Of a stretch of DNA of 64,000 nucleotides, positions 55,349 to 64,000 are shown piece after piece. The notes below the pieces were generated by a model, which was not told the origin of the DNA, did not search any database, and worked only from the letters and a program-made list of their open reading frames with translations. Source of the stretch: Octopus vulgaris (Eukaryota). The DNA lies in the NCBI GenBank assembly GCA_951406725.2, contig OX597818.1:65782001-65846000 (forward strand), read 5' to 3'. Numbering within the stretch: the first letter of the stretch is position 1; each line of letters opens with the position of its first letter. Both the position numbers and the translations under genes were made by a program.

Positions 55349-57955
55349 TAAACTTAGATAAACTCAGATATGTTTCGACCAAAGATTGGTCCAGGTCATG
55401 TCTAACTTAATAGCACCACATGATAGGATTATTCGAATCCTGTTTCAGTCAAGTTTTTGTTTATGGTCCATTCAAGTAGTGAGTTCTTGTTGGGTGAGTT
55501 GTATCCAATTATGGGTGGATTATCTGGTATTCTTTGAAGGAATCTATCCAGACTCCATTTAAAGTTCATGGGGTCTTTTTTTCCCATTTGATCTCTTTCG
55601 AGACAATGTTAAATAGGGCAGGGCCTGTTGAGGAAAATAAATTATGTTGCAGTGCACATGTATGCTGTGATCTTGAATTGGGCAGGGGACGTATGGCCCG
55701 TGGTCCCAGTCTTGAATGAACCTTGAAGCTAATGTTCAGGTCGTTTGGGCAAAGTTGGCGGTATATTCTCCACATCGTACAAATGATGAACCGGTCACGG
55801 CGACGCTGGAGAGAGTAAAGTTTCAAGGCTTTAAGGCGATCCCAATAATCGAGAGCAGCCATGCCTTGAATTCGTTTAGTGAGTGCCCTCTGGTGTGACT
55901 CAATCCTCGAGATGTTTTGTCTTGTATGGGGAGACCACAGTGGGCAGCAGTATTCGAGGTGTGGGCGTATAAAGGAGGAGAAAAGTGGTATGATGACACC
56001 TTGTTCTCTGGACCGGAAAGTTCTTAAGATCCAGGAACTAATCCTACGAGCTATATCGACCTTCTTGTTGATGTGTGCACTCCAACTGAGATCGTCATCA
56101 ACAATTACACTCAGGTCTCTGATATTGTTAGAGGCTGTGAGCGGTTCTCCTGAAGGAAGAGAGTATGGCTGTTTTAGGGAGGAATTTCTTCCAAAATGCA
56201 TCAGCTCAAATTTTCCCTCGTTCAGTTGCATTTTGTTTCTGTCTGCCAATTGACTCACAGCATATAGATCAGACTGGAGTTGAGTTCGGTCTGCTTCTTC
56301 ATTGACGATTTGCTGGAGCTTAGTGTCATCAGCAAATATTTTCACTTTGCAGTAATGTACGACATGGAAAGGTCGGTTATGTAAATTATGAAGAGTAGCG
56401 GACCCACGACAGTCCCCTGAGGGACACCGCGGGTGACTTTTGCTGGGCTTGAGTGGATTCCATCAACTACAACATGTTGTGTTCTATTCGCCAGGAAATA
56501 CTTAATCCAGTGTAGAACTTTTCCACCGATTCCAACATTTGCCAATTTTGAGAGTAGGATATTATGGTCAACCCTGTCGAACGCTTTACTGAGGTCAAGA
56601 TATATGACGTCAGAGTTCGAACCTGTTCCCAAGGCTTTGAGTACATCTTCAATGTGGTGTAAGAGCTGTGTTAGACAGTCCCTGCCACAGCGAAAGCCAT
56701 GCTGATTTGCATTTAGGAGTTTGTGGGTCTCCAGGAAGTTAGCTATACTTGATCTTAACACTCTTTCAAATACTTTAATGATGTGGGAGGTGAGTGAGAT
56801 TGGGCGATAGTTGAGTGCGAGGGATTTGTTTCCCTGTTTGAAAACCGGGATGACTGACTGGGATAGAAACTGTTTCGGTATATAACCTGCGTCTAACGAA
56901 TTTCTCCAGAGGCTGGTCAGAGGGACTGCAAGTTGGTGTCTACGTTCCTGCAGGAGACTAGCGGGGAAATCTATCAGGGCCTACAGCAGAGTAGTATTTG
57001 ACCTCATTTATTGCTGCTACGATGTCAGTGGCAGAGATTTTATGTTGGGAGTCAACTTCGTTCGCTTCTCTTACGTCAATATCAGTGGGAACACTAATGA
57101 CAGAGCAGTATTGTTTCTGCAGTATTTCTTTCATTTCTTTAGCATCGTTTTGGGGAATGCCGTTATCATCGATCAATGGCCCAATGGGTGAGACAGTGGT
57201 TCTATGCTTATTTGCATAAGAATAGAACACTTTTGGGTTCTGTTTGATGTTTGTGATTACCCACTGTTCCTCCACAGCTCTTTGATTTTCAATGGAGGTT
57301 TTCATGTCGATCTGCAGATGAAGTTTTTCCAGCTCTAGCCTTTTCATTGTTGTTGAATGGGGATGTTGTGTGTGGGAATATTTTAATTGGTTGATTTTTT
57401 TGTTGAATCTTTTGATGCACCTGATGAGTGTTTTTTTTTCTTTTTAGGGAGCCGGTTTCTGTTTGTGTTAATAGATTTCGTGGGAGCGTGTTTAGAGCAT
57501 GTATAGGTGACAATGTTTTCAAAGTGCTGCCATGCGGTCTCAATATGGGTGGAATTGAGAGTAAAAGACCAGTCGATGAAAGACAGATCCTTTTTGATTG
57601 ATCCCCAGTCCGCTTTGTGGAAGTTTATGTTGTCAAATGGGTGTCATGGAGTGGGATTGACTGGTTTGGTTTTTATATGTCGAGAATTAAAATTGCTGAG
57701 TACCACGTCGTGGTCTGAGAGGAGAGTTTTTTCAACTGAACACTGTGAACGAAGCTAGAGTGATTGGTTAATACCAGATCCAAGATCGTTTTATTCTGTC
57801 TCGTTGGTTCGAGCACTAGCTGAGTCAGAAAGTATTCATCCATTAGATTAAAGAGCAGTTCTGTTGCTGCTCTATCTGATGTAGAGCACTTGCCTAACTT
57901 CAGAGTATTTGTGGGCCAGTTCACATGAGGGAGGTTAAAATCACCCATCACTTGT
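55349..57955 (-). mobile_element. 5'-truncated CR1-group LINE (APE endonuclease end, RT and 3' UTR), inactivated
   Basis: MGDFNLP, EPTR..ILDLVLTN, QHGFR, YLDLSKAFDRVDH, GVPQGTVVGPLLF, FADDTK, RPHLEYC and LYSLQRRR spread over several frameshifted ORFs (57990 to 55566). 3' terminal repeat ATCTGAGTTTATCTAAGTTT. Confidence 0.92.
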
Positions 57956-57959
57956 ATGT

Positions 57960-58130
57960 GTGTGTATAGTGAGAATTTACGAAAGAACAAAAGACGAAGA
58001 CTGGTATGTAAACAGATGTATTAGTTTAACGTTCGGGAAGAAAGAAATACGTTTACGTTTCGAGTATACGCGCTTCGACAGAAAAGAACACAGAAATAAA
58101 CAAGGAGAGAAAATTTTTAAAAAATGTTTA
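57960..58130 (-). repeat. Probable Penelope-type terminal-repeat fragment with a degenerate hammerhead
   Basis: Minus strand 58086-58050 reads CTTTT-CTGTCGA-AGCGCGTATACTC-GAAAC-GTA-AA; core and stem II are altered. Confidence 0.35.
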
Positions 58131-60744
58131 GAGGCTAGCGATCTATCATATATATATAAAGATTGAGTGAGAGAGAGAGAGAGAGACAGAGAAACAGGAT
58201 ATCGATCAATCTCCACGCTCTATTTGACGGTTATTTTCGCACATAGATATGAAATATTTAACAGTAAAATTGCTATAATCACTTGCACGTGCCTTCCAAT
58301 CATAGTTTAAACATTCTTCACGTATTAAAATTTTCAGTGGATAACAAGAATTCTACGTTTCGTTTACAGTAATTATATCATGTATTGTATCGTACTTTAT
58401 CCACAAAGTATCTGTAATTCAAATTGAATGTATCCGGTTACTTGCAACTATGTAAAGGGTTATATGTTAAATGGTAAAATGAATTGCGATGATGTTTTCA
58501 TTATTTGCTAATTCTTAGGAAAACGAAGCATCAGATATAGATGGAAATATATATTTTCGATTACCATTACTGTGTGGATTAGTTTAAAATATTTCCCAAA
58601 TAGAATCTTAATATGCGATAGCGCACAGAATATGATTAAAACTGAACATATCTGTAAACGGATTAAATTCAGATTCAGTCGACTTAGTATATTTCTAATA
58701 TATTAGTGCTTAGATTAATTTTAGATACACTTTTTCCGTATGTATTGATTTGAAGTTATACCTGAATGTGTTTCGTTTCTATTTCTTAAAAACCCCTTTT
58801 TTTTGGAAGGGGGGAGGAAGTGCTCCACCAAATTTTAATGAAATAATGAAAAGAAATGATTCTCAATAAAATTCGCACAATTAAGTTTATTCTTTCCCTG
58901 TTAGGTGTCGCTTCATAAAGAAGACAATGAAAGCAGCGAATTGCTTTTCTGAGTTGTTAATAAGTGTATTTCACTAAGATCCATCTTCATTCGTTCGATG
59001 AAATGAGAAACTACATAAGCTCCTGTGTAGATTCATTACATCAGATTTATTGATAACTGTCGCATACTGTGACCATTGCTAATCCTTTAACGCCCCTGGA
59101 GTTTAATTTATCTTTAAATGAAAACGAACGTTGTACAATAAACACGCGTTTTTGATTACTTTCTTACAATTCTGATGTTAGTAAAACCGATATTCATAGG
59201 GAAACCCGTGTAATGTTTTGTAAGCATCAAACAATGAAATTTCTATTCAGCGGAATAGAAAACCTCCAAACGTCAGAGATAATTCTTGGAATCATGTTGT
59301 ACAATTAATTCTTTCAGTTGATTTCTGTGAAAATGGCTGTAATTGAATTTTTAAAAATACTCTGCCATTCTCTCACTCATTCAATATAGGACAATATAAA
59401 AGAATATATAACCAAAACCTATTGAAGCTCTATAGAAATATTCAAGAAACCGTTGCTACTACTTTGAAGAATGGAAGAAAAACGTTGCTTTACTCGAAAT
59501 ATATCAACGTGTCTCTTTTTTTTTCCTTTTAAGTGAAATTGAGAATAAATATTCCTTCCAGAACTCCAAAATATTATTTTGAGTTTGAATTGCCTTTGAT
59601 AATTATATTTTTTTATCAAAATAAAATTTTTATATTTTATGAATTTAGTTGCGTCTCACAAGCAAGTAAATATTTGAGGATGTAGGAAGACACGAAAATT
59701 GTTAAATTGTAAAATTCTTATGTTTGATTTGTGCTAATTTTCTGTAAATAGGAGGGTAACGAAAACAACAATACAGGTATGTGGCATATACAGGAATGTT
59801 ACCTGGTCTTTCGTAGACCATCTAAGAGATTCGAATACTAAGATAAATATTTGAGAATTTTTTTTCTGTGAAATGAAAACTGTGTTTCCTTAAAAGTAGT
59901 AGTTGAAGGATAACACGGGAGATGCGTACGAATGCTTATCGAAAAGTGTTTAATTTGAAGACCTCTAACAACTAAGAGATAGTAGATGAACATGTTATAT
60001 TTTCTATCAATGGCGATATGTAAGCCAGGAACAAGAGACGGAATGTTTTACTTTTAATCAAGAACGCACTTAATGACATTTCCTTGTATTTAATTTGCTA
60101 AGATTTAAGACAAGTAGTGTCATATCTATATACATAGACACACAAACACACATGCACACACACGCAAACACACACACACGCAAACACACACACACGCACA
60201 AACACAAGCAAGAACAATTATATATACGCACATATATATTATTACTCAAATAATGAAGGTTATAAAAAATATATTATGTATATAGTTTTACGTGAGATTT
60301 CAGTATTTGAGGATTGTGACGCCTACCTCAGGAAATATTTGGAGAAAAGTTGCTATAGCTGACAGCTCTCTCTTGTAATATGTGTGGGTGTAGGGTCGAT
60401 ATTCGTTGCTGGGGCAACCAATCTGCCGCGTGCCTCTGGCATCTATCATTAAGAACTTGTGTGTATTTCTTAAATAAAAGAGCATCTTTGTTCTCAAGTT
60501 CCTTATATTTTCTTTCGTTTAGCTTCAATGGCGGTCTGGATGTCTTGTGTGAGGCATTTTTCTAGATGTCTTTTGTCGAATGAATCTTTTGCATGGAGGT
60601 TTGCTTTAAATTTGATAGTACTTCCAAATCAGATTCCCTTGCCTTTGCTAAACATGAACTTATACACTACAAAGCAACGCAAAAACTTGTTTTCATTTCC
60701 GTTCCATCACTTGGACAGTGTGCCGCGATTTGCTTTGAATTGGG

Positions 60745-61058
60745 ATGGAAGCATTCCGTCGGTTACGACGACGAGGGTTCCGGTTGATCCGAATCAAAGG
60801 AACAGCCTGCTCGTGAAATTAACGTGTAAGGGGCCGAGCACTCCACAGACACGTGTACCCTTAACGTAGTTCTCGGGGATATTCAGCGTGACACAGAGAG
60901 TGACAAGGCCGGCCCTTTGAAATACAGGTACAACGGAAACAGGAAGTAAGAGTGAGAGAAAGTTGTGGTGAAAGAGTACAGCAGGGATCACCACCATCCC
61001 CTGCCGGAGCCTCGTGGAGCTTTAGGTGTTTTCGCTCAATAAACACTCAATAAACACT
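60745..61058 (-). mobile_element. Probable SINE family D body, 5' truncated, with an RTE-like tail
   Basis: GC-richer block whose minus-strand end CCCTCGTCGTCGTAACCGACGGAATGC resembles RTE-type tails. No tRNA head visible. Only one copy in the window. Confidence 0.5.
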
Positions 61059-61059
61059 T

Positions 61060-61800
61060 GTTAGGAAGCTTGGTAATGCCCTGGACTCAAGCGAAAATTT
61101 CTAGATATCCATTATCTATCAGGGTCTTTTTGAATTTTATGGTGTTCTTGTTCTGATTCTTGCTTTGTCACTGCTTAATTACGGAATCGCATTTCTAATG
61201 CAGGCCGTCATAGCTCTGTTGAGCAGGGATGAATAACAATACACGAATAGTTCTCTGAATATCACTTTTCGGTAAAAAGTTGTGGAGGTGGTTCCGTTTT
61301 GTGTGATGTTTTTTGTTCAAAAATAACAATAGATAAGAACCCGATGTTATTGGAATGACCCACTTCAAATTTCTTTATGCTCAGCAATATTATTCAAATG
61401 AATATTTTCTCAGCTGCACCAGGAAACGATCTTGATATGACGATGATATCCACATAACTGGCGCAAAATGTAGACGAGTGACATATGTTGAGTTAAGGGC
61501 CCAGTATTTGAAAACTGAAGGTTATACTGCCACAAAATTGTTGACTGCGCATTGCTTGCAGCGAATTAAACCAATTAGACATCTATTTTTGAAAGAGCTG
61601 CTTACTTCTTCTCATACAACTTTGAATCCTGCGTTCGATGAACAGACTTAACCTTTTATCTAATATCAATAATATGGACTCCCCTTCTAAATTTTTCTGA
61701 AAATACTAGCGTGTAACACAATCATTATGCCATTCAATTGAGGTTTTTTTTAATGATTTAAACTCCGTAATATCCATTCCTATCCTCGAGTTACATCAAC
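61060..61800 (-). pseudogene. Old Penelope-like RT/thumb remnant
   Basis: Minus motifs in order: SYVDIIV (YVDD-equivalent, about 61460), IGFL, TTSTTFYRK, SLLNRA, TLIDNGYL (NGYP-equivalent, about 61110). May continue at 60300-60700. Confidence 0.5.
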
Positions 61801-61889
61801 GTAGAAATATATATAAATGGCATAATCTGATCTGACAAAAGTCGTTTGCTTGCTTGTAACATTAACCTATTAAACATATAGCCATATAT

Positions 61890-62205
61890 GCGAGTGTTTG
61901 CGTCGTGAGGTTGACAATTCAATTCCCAGACCGGGCTGCGTGTTGTATTCTTGAGCAAGATACTTTATTTCACGTTGCTCAAGTTCACTCAGCTGTAGAA
62001 ATGAGTTGTGACATCACTGGTGCCAATCTGTATCAGACCCTTTGCCTTTCCTATGGATAACATCAGTGCTGTGGAGATAAAAGGCTGGTATGCACAGGGG
62101 CGATTGCTGGTCTTCCACAAACAACCTTGCACAGACTTGTGGCTCGGAGGGTAACTTTCTAGGTGCAATTCCATAGTCATTCGTGACCGAAGTGGCCTCC
62201 TCCTC
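61890..62205 (+). mobile_element. SINE family C
   Basis: Matches the reverse complement of 9104-9443 (TCTTGAGCAAGATACTTTATTTCACGTTGCTC...TCTAGGTGCAATTCCATAGTCATTCGTGACCGAAG). Confidence 0.8.
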
Positions 62206-64000
62206 CTTGAGTCGTGGTGCATGATTCTCTCTTCTTCTGTCTCTCTATCTCTCACTCTGTTTCTGAATACACACATATATTTATGCATGTATATATTCTT
62301 ACATATTCACACACTTGCAAACACGCATGTACATACCAACCAAGGATCATGGTAGAATGGGCCACTTTTTGAAAACGCAATGTCTTCTTGTTAAGGCTTT
62401 GTTAAGAAGACACATTCTGATTTTATATGAATACAATTTTAGTTCTAAACATACATATGTCACTACTATATATGTGTGTGTGTGTATGTGTGAGTGTGTG
62501 CCCGTGTGTTGGCGCGTGTTTGTCTGTGTGTCTGTGTATAAAGGCAACAGTTGTAACACAAAAAAATTATTTTCTTTGTTCTTTGAAATAAAGTCTGTTT
62601 AAAGAAGAAAACTTTGAAGTAGCCTCATATGATTACAGACTGCATCAATAAAATTAAGAAAACGAATTTCTTTTATAGAACGTATATATATTTGTTTTCA
62701 ACAAATCGAAAGGTGTAGATCAACTCCCCAGGAATTATATTACATGTTTTTAATACTATTTGGAGAACTCAACACATCTCAACGCATAATCCCATACAGA
62801 TATCTTAACCTGTTGATCCAAAATCACGTTGCCCTAATTTTTTCTTCATATGTTTGGTTATATACTCATAATCTTTACGTAATTATCTTTATTTCATTCG
62901 TCAAATATCTTTATTAATCCGTATTCGTAAGAGGCTTTTCTCGTAATTGCCTATTTGATACCAAGTGCAGCCTTAAGATATTTCTCATTTCATAATGTCC
63001 ATAGTTTATCTTTTTCTTGGTATCGTAGTGGGGGGGTCGTAAATACATGACCATCCAATTCAGAATGCTATGTGATGTCTCAGCATTCAATAAAGTGCTA
63101 TATAGAACTAATGTTTTGGATCTGAATTGAAACTGTACTTACGTAAGTTACAGAAGTATATCTCTGATTCTTCATGATATATTTGTATAAGCGTGTTGGA
63201 TATACACTGAAGAAGTGAAAAAAAGGACCTCCTTAAGTTGATAAATTTGTTTAGGAATTGTTGTCGTGAGAAATATCGTCAGGTCATCTGGCATGTTTAG
63301 ACTTTCAGATAATCTGAACCGGCCGCTCCATAAGAAAAGTGGGTAACGCTTAACAGCAGTCTAGGGTAGAGCAGGACAGTCATATCTCCTTTATATAAGA
63401 AGCATGGGCAAATTAAAAAAGGGAACTGTAGTTACAAGTTATTATTTTAGTAGCGGGCATAATTTACCCATAATGCTGTTTAATACGGTATACGCATAAC
63501 TAGATGTTCCTCTGTGATGTGTCTCGCAACTTAAAACCATTTGGAATTCATATGCGCCATACACTCTTGTTTGACAAAGAGTGTTTCCTGTGATTTAGTA
63601 TTTTTAACCACCGATGATATTCATGTTTTGTAAACCTTACAGGAGCAGATTTAAGTCCGTCGAATTAGATTTTAACATTAACAAGTTTTCAATATAATGT
63701 TTGCTAATATTCAAGTGATGCTCTGAACAGTGGGCAACCTCGTGAATTTTGCAAAGCATTGTGACGATCGATTTTAACACTACTTTTAATACTTGGAAAT
63801 TTTTTCAAATAAATACGAGAAAATATATCAAATCTGTAGTTTCTAGGAACATTTTCCCAGGTTCCAGTAGTATAAACAACGGGAGAGAGGACACGAATGC
63901 ATATTGATTGCATTTTTATTGCCGCGGTTGGCGCACTTCGTTATTTGTCTCTTGCCATTTAAGTAGTTGGCACTCTTCATCTGATTGGAATATAGTAACA

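Noticed and set aside
55566-56345. 259-aa ORF as an intact gene
   Set aside because: It is a frameshifted fragment of the CR1 ORF2, starting at the FADD motif.

Overview
This window is AT-rich, microsatellite-dense eukaryotic non-coding DNA. I infer an octopus (cephalopod) origin from the SINE families and repeat landscape. No intact host gene is supported; nearly all ORF-track entries are microsatellite or SINE read-throughs. The window holds about 20 tRNA-derived SINE copies in four or five families, a complete but decayed 1.29 kb mariner (36-bp TIRs, TA TSD, D,D34D), CR1, RTE, Penelope-like and R4/Dong-like retroelement remnants, and a Helentron-like non-autonomous element. Most notable: (1) a 1.7 kb polyadenylated, TSD-flanked retroelement encoding only an ORF1/gag-knuckle protein (HAL1-like); (2) minimal type I hammerhead ribozyme motifs, one canonical at 12080-12170; (3) an RTE insertion with a twin-priming 5' inversion and a 12-bp TSD; (4) a 213-bp palindrome with identical arms; (5) REL-endonuclease retroelement copies ending at CATA-type repeats; (6) a SINE with a variable internal 184-bp tandem unit. 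All alignments and folds were done by eye, so family names and fuzzy boundaries are provisional.
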